A stretch of 32,000 bases of DNA from Pseudidiomarina andamanensis (GCF_009734345.1 NZ_CP032551.1:1050001-1082000), one strand, 5' to 3'; shown: positions 21,985-32,000, numbered from the stretch's first letter. Program-made: numbers and translations. Notes: a model not told the origin generated them from the sequence alone.

Positions 21985-23526
21985 CTAGTGAGGGCTAGCC
22001 ACAACAGGAGCACGGCGCGCCTGAGTCATCATTTCAAAAGAATGCGCGGCTTCAATCAATATACCTTCACTACGTGCGGTGCCGAAAAAGCTCAAGCCAA
22101 CCGGCATGTGCTGAACGAATCCCATTGGTACGGTAATGTGAGGATAGCCAGCCACTGCTGCAGCACCACTTGCTGAACCAGTGAAATGATCACCATTAAT
22201 AAGATCGATTTTCCAAGCTGGTGATGTCGTCGGCGCAATTAATAAATCTAACTGATGCGCTTTCAATATAGCATCAATTCCTTCTTCACCAGCTTTGCGT
22301 TTTGCATCAGCCTTTGCCTTTTTATAGGCCTCTTCGTCAGTTTGACGAGCAACAGACATTTCAAATAACTCTTGCCCAAACCACTTCATGGTGACACCGG
22401 CATTCTCCTTGTTTGCAGCAATAAGGTCTTCCAGTGAACTGAACTGAGGATGCGGACTCTGTTTAAAATACTCACGCATGCCATGGGCGAATTCATACAA
22501 CAAAACGGTATATTCATCGCTCCCCCAATTACGTCCATTTGGGAACTTAAGGTCATCGACAATAATTGCACCAGCCGCTTTTAGCTCTTCAATCCGACGA
22601 TTAAACACTTGGTCTAGTTCGGTGTTGTAACCTGCCAGCTCGCGCATCACGCCAATTCGCTTGCCTTTCAAGCCGTCGGTTTTCAAATGCTCAACATAAT
22701 TGGTTGTGTCTTTATAGCTAGCGCCATCATTCTTATCGTGTCCTTGCATCGCCATCATCAGGTGCACCGCATCTGCGACGCTGCGCGCCATTGGGCCTGC
22801 CGTATCCTGACTCGCGGAGATTGGAATAATGCCATCGCGACTGAGTAAGCCAACTGTTGGTTTGATAGTTACAATCCCGTTAATTGCAGCGGGACAAACA
22901 AGGCTGCCGTCCGTTTCTGTACCAACTGCAACTGGAATAAAGTTTGCGCTGACGGCAGCAGCTGAACCCGAGCTCGAGCCACAAGCGGTGCGCGATTGAT
23001 CATATGGGTTCTTAACCAAACCACCTAAGCTACTCCACCCTGAGGACGAGTTCGTAGAACGAAAGTTCGCCCATTCACTCAAGTTGGCTTTACCCAAAAT
23101 AATAGCGCCCGCTTCGCGCAACTTGGCTACTATAAAGGCATCGTCAGGTGGCATATGATCACGTAATAAGTAGGAACCAGCGGTATTTGGTAGCCCGTCA
23201 GCGGTATCAATATTATCTTTCAGTAGCACTGGAATACCGTGCATCGAACTACGAACGTTCCCTGCTTCACGTTCAGCATCTAGCTGCTTGGCAAGCTGCA
23301 ATAATTGCTCGCGCTCCTGAACTGACAAAACCGCTTGGAGTTCAGCACCATCGCGGTTGTGTCGAGCAATTCTATCTAAGTAACGCTCAACTAAAACAAC
23401 ACTGGTAACTTCACCACGGTTTAGTTGGTATTGCAGCTGTTCAATTGATGGGTCATCAGATGCCCATAGAGTCGTACTAAATAGTACGAAAAACGCCAAC
23501 CAGCAAAATGCTTTTATTGTTTTCAT
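21985..23526 (-). CDS. secreted amidase (amidase-signature family)
   Basis: I place the start at ATG 23526 (MKTIKAFCWLAFFVLFSTTLWA signal peptide) rather than the track start 23607. AS-family Gly/Ser-rich motif ACGSSSGSAAAVSANF. Confidence 0.85.
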   Translation of the reverse strand: MKTIKAFCWLAFFVLFSTTLWASDDPSIEQLQYQLNRGEVTSVVLVERYLDRIARHNRDGAELQAVLSVQEREQLLQLAKQLDAEREAGNVRSSMHGIPVLLKDNIDTADGLPNTAGSYLLRDHMPPDDAFIVAKLREAGAIILGKANLSEWANFRSTNSSSGWSSLGGLVKNPYDQSRTACGSSSGSAAAVSANFIPVAVGTETDGSLVCPAAINGIVTIKPTVGLLSRDGIIPISASQDTAGPMARSVADAVHLMMAMQGHDKNDGASYKDTTNYVEHLKTDGLKGKRIGVMRELAGYNTELDQVFNRRIEELKAAGAIIVDDLKFPNGRNWGSDEYTVLLYEFAHGMREYFKQSPHPQFSSLEDLIAANKENAGVTMKWFGQELFEMSVARQTDEEAYKKAKADAKRKAGEEGIDAILKAHQLDLLIAPTTSPAWKIDLINGDHFTGSASGAAAVAGYPHITVPMGFVQHMPVGLSFFGTARSEGILIEAAHSFEMMTQARRAPVVASPH

Positions 23527-23595
23527 TTGTTTTCCTTTCAAGTCACTGATAGATGGCGCTTTGCGCCTGATGAAACCGATGATAAACTGCTGCTC

Positions 23596-24036
23596 ATGAA
23601 CACACAAGAAACCCAGCGCCTCGTCAACAAGGCCGAAAAACTATGTGAACAACGTGGCGCCCGCTTAACGCCGGCTCGCCGCGAAGTTTTTGAGATCCTT
23701 GCTGAACAAGAGGGTGCTATTGGTGCTTATGACCTGCTTGATAAACTCAAAGCAGCGGTACCCAATGCCAAGCCCCCCACTATTTATCGCGCCTTAGACT
23801 TCCTACAAGAGCAGGGTTTCGTTCACAAAATTACTTCTTCAAATAGCTACGTACTCTGTAGCCATTTCGACCACCAGCATCCAGTACAAATGCTCATTTG
23901 TGAGCGTTGTGGATCAGTTCAAGAAATTCAGTCAGATGGCGTTTATGATGCATTGAAAAAGCAAGCTGAGGGACAAGGTTTCTTAGTTGCTTCGCAAACC
24001 ATTGAAGCGCATGGGCTCTGCAAAGACTGCCGTTAA
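23596..24036 (+). CDS. zur: zinc uptake regulator (Fur family)
   Basis: From ATG 23596: MNTQETQRLVNKAEKLCEQRGARLTPARREVFEIL..GAIGAYDLLDKL......AKPPTIYRALDFLQEQGFVHKI.SSNSYVLC...CERCG...IEAHGLCKDC is colinear with E. coli Zur. The track start at 23527 is a TTG extension. Confidence 0.85.
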   Translation: MNTQETQRLVNKAEKLCEQRGARLTPARREVFEILAEQEGAIGAYDLLDKLKAAVPNAKPPTIYRALDFLQEQGFVHKITSSNSYVLCSHFDHQHPVQMLICERCGSVQEIQSDGVYDALKKQAEGQGFLVASQTIEAHGLCKDCR

Positions 24037-24044
24037 TGAAACAA

Positions 24045-24067
24045 ACGGGCCTAGTAATCAGGCCCGT
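24045..24067. terminator. hairpin between convergent zur and dnaB (overlaps the dnaB stop)
   Basis: ACGGGCCT-AGTAATC-AGGCCCGT, a perfect 8-bp stem. On the minus strand it is followed by UUGUUUCAUU. The U-tract is weak on the plus strand. Confidence 0.55.
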
Positions 24068-25481
24068 CTGGCATATCAATTTTCGCTAAGTTATCAAATC
24101 GTGAGTAATGTCCTTGGAATTTCAGCTTCACGCTACCAATTGGACCATTACGCTGCTTACCAATAATCACTTCGGCTACGCCTTTTTCTTCACTTTCCGG
24201 ATGATAAACTTCATCACGATAGATAAACATAATCACGTCGGCATCCTGCTCAATTGAGCCTGATTCACGTAAGTCAGAGTTAACTGGGCGTTTGTTGGTG
24301 CGTTGCTCCAATGACCGGTTCAGCTGCGACAGAGCTACAACGGGTACTTCCAATTCTTTCGCCAACGCTTTTAATGAGCGCGATATTTCAGCAATTTCGA
24401 GCGTTCGGTTCTCTGCCATACCTGGCACCGTCATTAACTGAAGATAATCGACCATGATCATCGAAAGTCCACCACTCTCACGATAGACACGTCGCGCACG
24501 CGAACGCACCTCGGTTGGCGTAAGGCCTGACGAATCGTCAATGTAGATATTATTTTTATCTTTGAGAATATTGATTGTCGAAGCAATTCGCGACCACTCA
24601 TCTTCTTCAAGTCGGCCCGTACGAATTCGAGTTTGATCCACATGACTCAGAGATGCCAGCATACGCATCATGATCTGTTCCGACGGCATCTCTAAACTAA
24701 ATACAAGAACCGGTTTTTCAGAGCGCATCGCAATGTTCTCCGCCAAGTTCATTGCAAACGTTGTTTTACCCATGGATGGTCGCGCTGCGACAATGATGAG
24801 ATCTGACGGTTGCAAACCTGCAGTCATCTGATCGAGATCGTAAAAGCCGGTAGAAGCACCGGTAATACCATTATGATTTTTGCTACGGCTGAGCTCGTCA
24901 ATTCTATCGATGGTTTTCTGCAGAATCGGCGAAATAGGCTGTGGACCTTCATTCTCGTTCGTGCGTTTTTCCGCAATTTGGAAGACCTTACTTTCAGCAA
25001 GATCGAGCAATTCGCTTGAAGTGCGGTTTTGGGTGTCAAAACCTGACTCTGCAATTTCATTGGCAACGGCAATCATCTCTCTTAATACCGCGCGCTCACG
25101 CACAATTTGCGCATAGGCTCTGATATTCGCTGCACTCGGCGTATTCTTGGCAATTTCACCTAAGTAAGCGAAGCCACCAACATCTTGCAATTCACCAGAT
25201 GTTTCTAATACTTCCGATACGGTAACCAAATCAATCGGTTGGGTACGTTCTGCCAAGTGGTGCATGGCACGATAAATCAGGCGATGCCCGCGATGATAAA
25301 AGTCATCCGCAATCAATTCACCCGCGATGGTATCCCAGGCTTGGTTATCCAGCATCAAGCCGCCCAGCACCGATTGCTCTGCTTCAATAGAATGGGGAGG
25401 CGTTTTTATTGCATCTAGTTTGGCATCTTTTGCTTTGTGCTGTCCTTGCCGTGATTGCTTATCGCTGCGCTTGTCTGCCAT
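24051..25481 (-). CDS. dnaB: replicative DNA helicase DnaB
   Basis: 476 aa. PPHSIEAEQSVLGGLMLDN, Walker A AARPSMGKTTFA, LEMPSEQIMMRM, IMVDYLQLM, GSIEQDADVIMFIYRDEVY. No intein. Confidence 0.97.
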   Translation of the reverse strand: MADKRSDKQSRQGQHKAKDAKLDAIKTPPHSIEAEQSVLGGLMLDNQAWDTIAGELIADDFYHRGHRLIYRAMHHLAERTQPIDLVTVSEVLETSGELQDVGGFAYLGEIAKNTPSAANIRAYAQIVRERAVLREMIAVANEIAESGFDTQNRTSSELLDLAESKVFQIAEKRTNENEGPQPISPILQKTIDRIDELSRSKNHNGITGASTGFYDLDQMTAGLQPSDLIIVAARPSMGKTTFAMNLAENIAMRSEKPVLVFSLEMPSEQIMMRMLASLSHVDQTRIRTGRLEEDEWSRIASTINILKDKNNIYIDDSSGLTPTEVRSRARRVYRESGGLSMIMVDYLQLMTVPGMAENRTLEIAEISRSLKALAKELEVPVVALSQLNRSLEQRTNKRPVNSDLRESGSIEQDADVIMFIYRDEVYHPESEEKGVAEVIIGKQRNGPIGSVKLKFQGHYSRFDNLAKIDMPDGPDY

Positions 25482-25545
25482 GAATGTCCCAATGAACTAT
25501 TTAGAATTGACCAAGCGAAACTATACAAAATGATGCCTCAGTAAG

Positions 25546-25579
25546 AAAGCGAATCAGCATAAATTTGCTGATTCGCTTT
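25546..25579 (-). terminator. terminator of the ECF/DUF4097 unit
   Basis: Perfect 14-bp stem AAAGCGAATCAGCA / TGCTGATTCGCTTT with a 6-nt loop, 17 nt after the DUF4097 stop. The minus-strand tail is UUUCUUACU. Confidence 0.7.
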
Positions 25580-25595
25580 ATCTCAGTTCAATAAA

Positions 25596-26543
25596 TTACT
25601 TTTTAAGAACGATATCACCACTAACTGTACGGAAGTTCATTGAACCGCTGCGCTCACCAAGTTGCAAGCTCAGGCGTTGGCCAATACCAAAAGCTGACTC
25701 TTCCGCTTGCTGCTGCGTCAAATGATTATGGATAGCACCACCAGCACTGGTTTTGGCGTCAATGTCTGCGTCAATCGAACCTTTAAACATCATATTAACT
25801 TCACCACTGACGCTTTCCACATTAATACGGCCTTCGCGAGCCATCTCTAAGCTAGCATCCACATCGCCGCTAACGCTATTCACATGAAGTGAATCGATGC
25901 GCTGTAATGTCAACTCAATGTCACCAGAAACCGCCTCAACACGCACAACGCTAGCGTTCGTTTTTACTGCCACGTCACCACTAACGCTTGAATAACTCGC
26001 GCGTGAGCTATCACTGCCATGGTCTGTCACATCACCACTAACGCTTCTCAAAGCCAATTCCCCGGCAAGTTCCTTCGCATCGATATCACCGCTAACCGAT
26101 TCCAATTGAATGTTACCAGTAAGTTTTGATGCCTTCACATCACCACTGACGGTGTTGGTGGTTACCGCAGCTTTAAAATTGGTAACTTTAAAATCAACAG
26201 ATACGCCGCGTGCTTCAACTCGCGCTGTTTCCGGTAACGTAATCGTTAATTCGTTGCCATCATTATCGTTATAGTTACCGCGCTTCGGCATTTCGACCTT
26301 AATCGTCAGCGTATCGCCATTAAGTTCAAACACAAATTTCTCTGCGTGTTTGTCCAAGCGCCCAGTCACGTGTGCCACCTTATTCGAGGTGCCTCGAATA
26401 TCTACATTGCCGCGCATTGTATCAATGACGACTCGTGCATTTGCTGGAATATCAAGCTTTTGATCGATACGCTCACCTTGAGCCTGAGCAGCAAACGATA
26501 GCGCTATCACAACGGCGCCAATCAACATGTTTAATACTTTCAT
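25596..26543 (-). CDS. secreted DUF4097 (Toastrack-type) beta-strand repeat protein
   Basis: 315 aa. Signal peptide MKVLNMLIGAVVIALSFAAQAQG. Eight copies of the (S/T/A)VSG(D/E)(V/I) motif at roughly 17-25 aa spacing, typical of the DUF4097 right-handed beta-solenoid family. Confidence 0.8.
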   Translation of the reverse strand: MKVLNMLIGAVVIALSFAAQAQGERIDQKLDIPANARVVIDTMRGNVDIRGTSNKVAHVTGRLDKHAEKFVFELNGDTLTIKVEMPKRGNYNDNDGNELTITLPETARVEARGVSVDFKVTNFKAAVTTNTVSGDVKASKLTGNIQLESVSGDIDAKELAGELALRSVSGDVTDHGSDSSRASYSSVSGDVAVKTNASVVRVEAVSGDIELTLQRIDSLHVNSVSGDVDASLEMAREGRINVESVSGEVNMMFKGSIDADIDAKTSAGGAIHNHLTQQQAEESAFGIGQRLSLQLGERSGSMNFRTVSGDIVLKK

Positions 26544-26556
26544 GGTTATACTCCTA

Positions 26557-27087
26557 TTACACCTGTTGATAGGTGCGTGGTTGTTGATACATTACTTTCA
26601 ATAAATCGAGTTCTTGTTGGTGCAGCCACTGTAAAAACTGCCACAACTCACTATTATCCGGGTCAAGACGTAACTGCTCAGTCACTTTAACTGCAGCGCT
26701 TCGCAACTGCTCAAGTTCTGATTGCAGCTCTGAAAAAGTTGGTTGCAAGCCGGCATCTTCATAGTTCGCTAGAAGTACTTGGCGCTGCTGCTGATGCTGT
26801 TGCGTCACCATCGTTAACAACTCAAGTTGTTGTCCATTGACGGACGTACTAACCGGGTTCAACGACAAGCTCAAGGTAATCCCTGCTATCACAAATATGG
26901 AAGCTGCAGCACTTGAAAACCAAAGCCAGTAGTTGTTAGGTTGACGTTTTAAAGTGACCTGACTCCGACTGATATTCGCCTCAATTCCTCGCCACAGATC
27001 ACGCGGTGGTGAGACATCACGATTCTCATCAATGGCTTTTTGAATAAGCGCATCAAGCTTTTGAGCTCGGTTATCATGCGTTGTCAT
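26557..27087 (-). CDS. putative single-pass anti-sigma factor
   Basis: 176 aa. About 50-aa cytoplasmic N-terminus, one TM segment (YWLWFSSAAASIFVIAGITLSLSL), and a Gln-rich helical periplasmic domain. Overlaps the ECF sigma gene stop by 14 nt. Called from position and topology only; there is no HxxxCxxC zinc motif. Confidence 0.55.
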   Translation of the reverse strand: MTTHDNRAQKLDALIQKAIDENRDVSPPRDLWRGIEANISRSQVTLKRQPNNYWLWFSSAAASIFVIAGITLSLSLNPVSTSVNGQQLELLTMVTQQHQQQRQVLLANYEDAGLQPTFSELQSELEQLRSAAVKVTEQLRLDPDNSELWQFLQWLHQQELDLLKVMYQQPRTYQQV

Positions 27088-27643
27088 AATTTAGCCACTC
27101 CTCTAATAATGTTCGTGCACGGTGCACCTGTGCTTTGCTGGTACCGACTGCAATACCTAATTCATCAGCAACGTCTTCATGACGCATACCTTCAATACAA
27201 TGCAATACGAAAACCCAGCGCATTTGCAACGGCAGCCTTTTTATCAACGTATCAAGTTCGCCTAAATCAGCACTATCTTCTTGCACTAACTGCTGTTCAT
27301 ATTGGTTTTGATCATCACCAATCAATTGCAGTTTGTTAAGACGTTTCGTCTGCTTACGTAACTCGGTTATGGCCACACGCGTGGCTACTGTATGCAGCCA
27401 GGTACTGAACTTGCTCTCGCCGCGGAAACGCTCGAGGTTCTTCCACAGCTGAATAAATACCTCTTGCGTCACATCCTGTGCGGCGTCGTGATCGGCAGCT
27501 AAGCGCAACACTAAACCGTAAACTCTTCGGTGATGACGCTCGTAAATTTCCCGAAACGCTTGCAAATCACCTTTTCCGGCTCGCTTTACAAGAGCGGTGT
27601 CAGGATCATCAAACTGCACTGTTGTAAGAATCTGGGCTGTCAC
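27074..27643 (-). CDS. ECF-type RNA polymerase sigma-70 family factor
   Basis: 189 aa. Region 2 (FREIYERHHRRVYGLVLRLAADHDAAQDVTQEVFIQLWKNLERFRGESKFSTWLHTVATRVAI) and region 4 (VFVLHCIEGMRHEDVADELGIAVGTSKAQVHRARTLLEEWL). GTG start with an AAGGA SD. Confidence 0.9.
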   Translation of the reverse strand: MTAQILTTVQFDDPDTALVKRAGKGDLQAFREIYERHHRRVYGLVLRLAADHDAAQDVTQEVFIQLWKNLERFRGESKFSTWLHTVATRVAITELRKQTKRLNKLQLIGDDQNQYEQQLVQEDSADLGELDTLIKRLPLQMRWVFVLHCIEGMRHEDVADELGIAVGTSKAQVHRARTLLEEWLNYDNA

Positions 27644-27743
27644 TGTTAGTCCTTGAAGTCAGTTATTACAGCGAGTTGTTATTGTTCGTATCTAGTATGT
27701 CGTAACGAACCACACCATGGTTTACACCAGCTGAAAAAATTCC

Positions 27744-27776
27744 AAAAAAAAAGCTGCCCGTGTGGACAGCTTTATT
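27744..27776 (-). terminator. Rho-independent terminator of the rpsF-priB-rpsR-rplI operon
   Basis: Minus-strand RNA reads AAAGCUGUCC-ACAC-GGGCAGCUUU followed by UUUUUUGG, 22 nt after the rplI stop. Confidence 0.85.
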
Positions 27777-27797
27777 AAATTGATGACTGCGACTCAA

Positions 27798-28250
27798 TTA
27801 GTCAGCAGCAACAACCTGCAACTTCACAGTTGCGAATACGTCTGAGTGCAAGTGCAACTCGATGTCGTATTCACCAACTTCACGCAAAGTACCGTTTGGT
27901 AATAATACTTCAGCTTTCACTACCTCAACGCCAGCAGCAGTTACTGCGTCCGCGATGTCGCGAGTACCGATTGAACCAAACAATTTACCCTCGTCACCAG
28001 CTTTAGAGCCGATTACAACAGGGTCAAGTGCATTGATTTTTTCTGCACGAGCTTGCGCTGCCGCTAACTCTTCAGCCAATTTAGCTTCAAGTTCAGCACG
28101 ACGCTCTTCAAATACTTTAATGTTCGCTTCGGTAGCAGGAACTGCTTTACCTTGTGGGAACAAAAAGTTACGTGCATAGCCAGACTTAACTGAAACTTGG
28201 TCACCCAAGCTACCTAAGTTGGCGATTTTGTCTAATAGAATGATTTCCAT
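27798..28250 (-). CDS. rplI: 50S ribosomal protein L9
   Basis: 150 aa. [37 protein letters not shown] is L9. Confidence 0.97.
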   Translation of the reverse strand: MEIILLDKIANLGSLGDQVSVKSGYARNFLFPQGKAVPATEANIKVFEERRAELEAKLAEELAAAQARAEKINALDPVVIGSKAGDEGKLFGSIGTRDIADAVTAAGVEVVKAEVLLPNGTLREVGEYDIELHLHSDVFATVKLQVVAAD

Positions 28251-28293
28251 TGTACGCTACCTCTGAGTTTCTGAGATCGTTCGCGATGCCGGC

Positions 28294-28855
<562 letters not shown>

Positions 28856-28868
28856 AGTGAGTTACAGC

Positions 28869-29243
28869 TTATGCCGCTTCGCTGTCGTCTTGCTCTTCGT
28901 TACGGCTTTCGCTCTTACGCGGCTCGTCTTTCTTGCTCAATGGAGAAGCTTCAGTTACTGCTTCTTTCTTGCGCATGATCATGCTGCGTAATACCGCATC
29001 GTTGTAGCGGAAAGCTGTTTCCAACTCTTCAACAACTTCAGCAGTCGCTTCGATGTTCATCAACACATAGTGTGCTTTGTGCAACTTGTTGATTGGGTAT
29101 GCCAACTGACGACGGCCCCAGTCTTCTAAACGATCAATGGTGCCGTTACCTGATTTGATGGTCTCGCTGTAACGCTCGATCATGCCAGGTACTTGCTCGC
29201 TCTGGTCTGGATGGACCATGAATACGATTTCATAATGACGCAT
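28869..29243 (-). CDS. rpsF: 30S ribosomal protein S6
   Basis: 124 aa. [25 protein letters not shown]... with an acidic C-terminus. Confidence 0.97.
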   Translation of the reverse strand: MRHYEIVFMVHPDQSEQVPGMIERYSETIKSGNGTIDRLEDWGRRQLAYPINKLHKAHYVLMNIEATAEVVEELETAFRYNDAVLRSMIMRKKEAVTEASPLSKKDEPRKSESRNEEQDDSEAA

Positions 29244-29349
29244 TTCTGCTCCTTATGGTTCATAGCTACTGACTGGCTCAGTCACACCCTCAGCAGCAAG
29301 GAACGCTTTTTAAATGAATAAAATACTTCAGACTGATTTAAGCGGCGGG

Positions 29350-29378
29350 ATTTTAGCCTATTAAGCCCACAATCACAA
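29350..29378 (-). promoter_or_regulatory. candidate sigma70 promoter of the rpsF operon
   Basis: Minus strand reads TTGTGA (29378-29373), 17-nt spacer, TAAAAT (29355-29350). The -35 element overlaps the stop codon of the upstream ORF. It would leave a ~100-nt structured leader before rpsF. Confidence 0.45.
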
Positions 29379-29828
29379 GCTTGATTGCGCTTTATGGCCG
29401 TTTTCAACAAGCTCAATTAATATTTTGACGTACTGTTCTGGCAAAGCACCAAAGGTTTCCATTTTCCCCTGTACTTTGAATCGCTGTACCGATGTGGCTG
29501 ATCCGCTCTCGGCGGGCGCCATGAGCTGGCCATTAATCTGCAGCAATTCTCCGTGCGTAACACTAACGTTTAACTGCCAACCATAACTCGCTTGCTGCTC
29601 TAACAGCCGCCATTCGTGACGACTCTCAATTCGCTGCCGCACATCAAATAGAACGTCTTTGAGCTGTTGATTATTCGAATTTTCCGGAATTTGGTAGGTC
29701 ACATACAAAAATGGTTTGTTCGAGCGTTGCCCAGGATCAAGGTTACCCACAGGTAGCCAGGCCAGTGCTAACATGACCACGATTAACCCCGCTAAAATGA
29801 GCGGTCGCCAGCTCCGTTTAAACGCCAT
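29373..29828 (-). CDS. membrane-anchored hypothetical protein
   Basis: 151 aa. N-terminal anchor [18 protein letters not shown]. Overlaps the rlmB 3' end by 11 nt. I recognise no family. Confidence 0.55.
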   Translation of the reverse strand: MAFKRSWRPLILAGLIVVMLALAWLPVGNLDPGQRSNKPFLYVTYQIPENSNNQQLKDVLFDVRQRIESRHEWRLLEQQASYGWQLNVSVTHGELLQINGQLMAPAESGSATSVQRFKVQGKMETFGALPEQYVKILIELVENGHKAQSSL

Positions 29829-30564
29829 GACGTTGTCGCACAGCCTCGTATAAACAAACCCCAGTCGCTACTGACACATTCAAACTACTCACGGTGCCCA
29901 ACAAAGGAATTTTAATCAATTCATCACAGGTTTCGCGGGTTAATCGACGCATACCATCACCTTCAGCTCCCATCACAATGGCAACAGGACCTTTCAAATC
30001 AACAGCGTACAGTTCTTGCGTCGCTTCTCCTGCGGTACCAATTACCCAAACCTGTCTGTCTTGCAACTGTCGTAAGGTTCGCGCCAAGTTCGTCACTTGC
30101 ACAAACGGCACAGTCTCAGCTGCACCACTTGCGACTTTTCGCACAACTGGTGTAATCGAAGCGGATTTGTCTTTCGGAACAATCACAGCGGTCACGCCAG
30201 AAGCGTCTGCGGTACGCAAGCATGCGCCGAGGTTATGCGGGTCCGTCACGCCATCTAGCACCAAGAAAAGGGCTTTACCGCCAGCTTTCTCACACAAACT
30301 ATCCAAATCATTTTCGGTCATTTGTGGTGCTTCTAATGCCGTAATTGCGATGCCTTGGTGATTGCCACCTTCAGATTTCTTATCGAGCGTCGCTTTCGGT
30401 ACAAATTGAACCCGCAACCCTAATCGCTGAGCTTGACTGACTAAAAGCTGCAGCGGTTTATCCTGACGCTCGCGGGTTGCAAACACTTCAACCAAACGCT
30501 CCGGATGTTGCTCTAACAAAGCGCGCACCGAATGCATACCAAATATAGTGACTTTCTTACTCAT
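29818..30564 (-). CDS. rlmB: 23S rRNA (guanosine2251-2'-O)-methyltransferase RlmB
   Basis: 248 aa SpoU/TrmH fold. [23 protein letters not shown]...[45 protein letters not shown]. Follows rnr as in E. coli. Confidence 0.92.
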   Translation of the reverse strand: MSKKVTIFGMHSVRALLEQHPERLVEVFATRERQDKPLQLLVSQAQRLGLRVQFVPKATLDKKSEGGNHQGIAITALEAPQMTENDLDSLCEKAGGKALFLVLDGVTDPHNLGACLRTADASGVTAVIVPKDKSASITPVVRKVASGAAETVPFVQVTNLARTLRQLQDRQVWVIGTAGEATQELYAVDLKGPVAIVMGAEGDGMRRLTRETCDELIKIPLLGTVSSLNVSVATGVCLYEAVRQRHGV

Positions 30565-30577
30565 GATAATTATTAAC

Positions 30578-32000
30578 TCACTTTCTTACTTTTTTGTTTT
30601 TCGGCTTTTTGCCTTTGCGCGCAGCTTCCGTCGCTTTTCGCTTCGATTTAATTCGCGCTTTGGTCGCTTGTTTTTTGTGCTTCTTACTATTGGCAGGCGG
30701 CTTATTGCGCTCTCCACGGGTGCTCGGGCGATGCCCTTCTGGCATACGATTTTTACCCATTGGGCTTTCCGCCGCCAACAAATCTAAATCGATTTTACGT
30801 TCGTCCAAATCGACCGATTTCACACGGATGCGGACTTTATCACCTAATCGATAGACAATTCGACTATTTTCACCAATCAGCATCTGCTTTTCGCCATCAA
30901 ACTGATAATAGTCGTTGGAAAGATTACTAATGTGCACCAAACCATCAATTTGCATGTCATCAATGCGTACAAATAGCCCAAAATTAGTCACTGCGGCAAT
31001 CACGCCACCAAACTCTGAACCAATGTGATCTTGCATATATTCACACTTGAGCCATTCATCGACTTGACGCGTTGCATCATCGGCTCGACGTTCTGTCATT
31101 GAACAGTGCGCACCAAGTTCATCAAGTTGTTCATCTGGATACATCCATGCGCCTTCGAGCGCTGGCGTTGGCCCTTGTTGCTTCTTCAACAAGGCTTTAA
31201 TTGCGCGATGTAAAATCAAATCAGGATAACGACGAATCGGCGAGGTGAAATGCGCATACTCGTCTAGCGCTAAACCAAAATGCCCAGCATTGTCTGGACT
31301 ATAAACAGCTTGCTGCATTGAGCGCAGTAACATCGTTTGAATAAGCTCGGCATCGGGACGCTCTGCAACTTGTTGCAGCACTTCGGTATAGTCGCGCGGG
31401 CTAGGGTCATCTGACCCTTTCATGATAATTCCTAGTTCAGCTAAAAAGCTCCGAAATGCACTTAATCGCTCAGTTGATGGTGGCTCATGTACTCGAAACA
31501 GCGCACCGGCCTCTTCATGGCCTTCAATCAGTCGAGCAGTGGCAACGTTCGCCATGATCATACATTCTTCGATAATTGTATGAGCAACATTTCGACGCAC
31601 GGGCTCTATCGACTCTATTTTCCGTTGGGCATTGAAAATAAAACGCGTTTCTAATGTTTCAAATTCTATCGCTGCTCGTTGTTGACGCGCTTTTTTAAGT
31701 ACCTTAAACAAGCCGTGCAAATGCTCAATATTACTCATTACGTGGTCATACTCAGCACGCAGCTTCGGATCACCCTCCAAAATGGATGCAACCTTGGTAT
31801 ACGTGAGTCGAGCATGTGATTTCATTACAGCCGGATAAAACTTGGATTTTTGTAGCTTACCACGCCCGTTGATCTCCATCTCGGCCACCATACATAACCG
31901 ATCAACATCAGGGTTCAATGAACACAAGCCATTGGAGAGTTTTTCTGGCAGCATCGGCACCACAAAGTTCGGGAAATAAACCGAGTTGCCGCGCTCTAAA
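30578..32000 (-). CDS. rnr: ribonuclease R, C-terminal ~474 codons (5' end lies beyond the right edge)
   Basis: The frame stays open to the window edge (..[37 protein letters not shown]..). The track start at 31963 is an internal GTG. RNB-domain motifs, an S1 domain ([17 protein letters not shown]...DGLVHIS) and a Lys/Arg-rich tail. Confidence 0.95.
   Translation of the reverse strand, partial: LERGNSVYFPNFVVPMLPEKLSNGLCSLNPDVDRLCMVAEMEINGRGKLQKSKFYPAVMKSHARLTYTKVASILEGDPKLRAEYDHVMSNIEHLHGLFKVLKKARQQRAAIEFETLETRFIFNAQRKIESIEPVRRNVAHTIIEECMIMANVATARLIEGHEEAGALFRVHEPPSTERLSAFRSFLAELGIIMKGSDDPSPRDYTEVLQQVAERPDAELIQTMLLRSMQQAVYSPDNAGHFGLALDEYAHFTSPIRRYPDLILHRAIKALLKKQQGPTPALEGAWMYPDEQLDELGAHCSMTERRADDATRQVDEWLKCEYMQDHIGSEFGGVIAAVTNFGLFVRIDDMQIDGLVHISNLSNDYYQFDGEKQMLIGENSRIVYRLGDKVRIRVKSVDLDERKIDLDLLAAESPMGKNRMPEGHRPSTRGERNKPPANSKKHKKQATKARIKSKRKATEAARKGKKPKNKKVRK

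Noticed and set aside
20910-23526. dusA as an integration hotspot: is the amidase part of a dusA-targeting genomic island?
   Set aside because: The dusA 5' end is intact. There is no integrase, no direct repeat of the dusA 5' region, and no visible compositional shift. The amidase is followed by the syntenic zur/dnaB neighbourhood.
23527-23595. Zur box in the amidase-zur divergent region
   Set aside because: I could not find anything resembling the GAAATGTTATAATATAACATTTC-type palindrome in these 69 bp.
23527-23607. 5' extensions of both the amidase ORF (to 23607) and the zur ORF (TTG at 23527), which would overlap each other
   Set aside because: The amidase signal peptide begins at ATG 23526. 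Alignment of Zur to E. coli Zur begins at ATG 23596. The extensions are non-ATG or lack an SD, and they would make the divergent genes overlap.
27644-27743. Autoregulated ECF promoter upstream of the sigma gene (e.g. GTAAAC-N17-CGAC, the GTTCGT/ACGAAC inverted repeat at 27684-27710, or sigma70-like TAGATA-N18-TGTAAT)
   Set aside because: Several weak alternatives exist and none matches an ECF consensus convincingly. It cannot be decided without knowing the ECF group motif or having TSS data, so it is not reported as a feature.

Overview
Almost the whole window is co-oriented, core housekeeping DNA from a gammaproteobacterium; by my count 38 of 40 CDS are on the minus strand. The assignment rests on E. 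coli-like ribosomal proteins, DnaB, AlaRS, RNase R and PriB. In ascending coordinates the window holds: alaS (partial), recX, a divergent DUF541 lipoprotein gene, then a tight operon trpH/yciV-yciO-scpA-scpB-rluB plus an agmatine-deiminase-like gene. Next come a fadH gene broken by a single-base frameshift, a BCCT transporter with a translationally coupled porin, and the complete 11-gene S10 ribosomal protein operon (rpsJ to rpsQ) with its promoter, leader and terminator. After that are a periplasmic M19 dipeptidase, two very small envelope-protein genes (one missing from the ORF track), dusA, a secreted amidase, zur (plus strand) and dnaB. The right end carries an ECF sigma / anti-sigma / DUF4097 module, rpsF-priB-rpsR-rplI, a small membrane-anchored ORF, rlmB and rnr (partial). 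I found no tRNA, rRNA, CRISPR array, IS element, integrase or recognisable defence or toxin system. I do not see a large novel system. The best candidates for something undescribed are: (1) a near-consensus sigma54 promoter with an IHF site and an upstream palindrome, driving a tiny secreted-protein plus 38-aa membrane-peptide operon just downstream of dusA, the same slot as sigma54-dependent pspG in E. coli; (2) the ECF/anti-sigma/DUF4097 cassette between rplI and dnaB; (3) two inverted arrays of four GTTATTS heptamers bracketing a terminator and abutting the S10 promoter. The frameshifted fadH and several synteny breaks (S10 detached from the str and spc operons, recX detached from recA) also deserve a second look. 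All calls come from reading and translating the sequence by eye; no searches were run.
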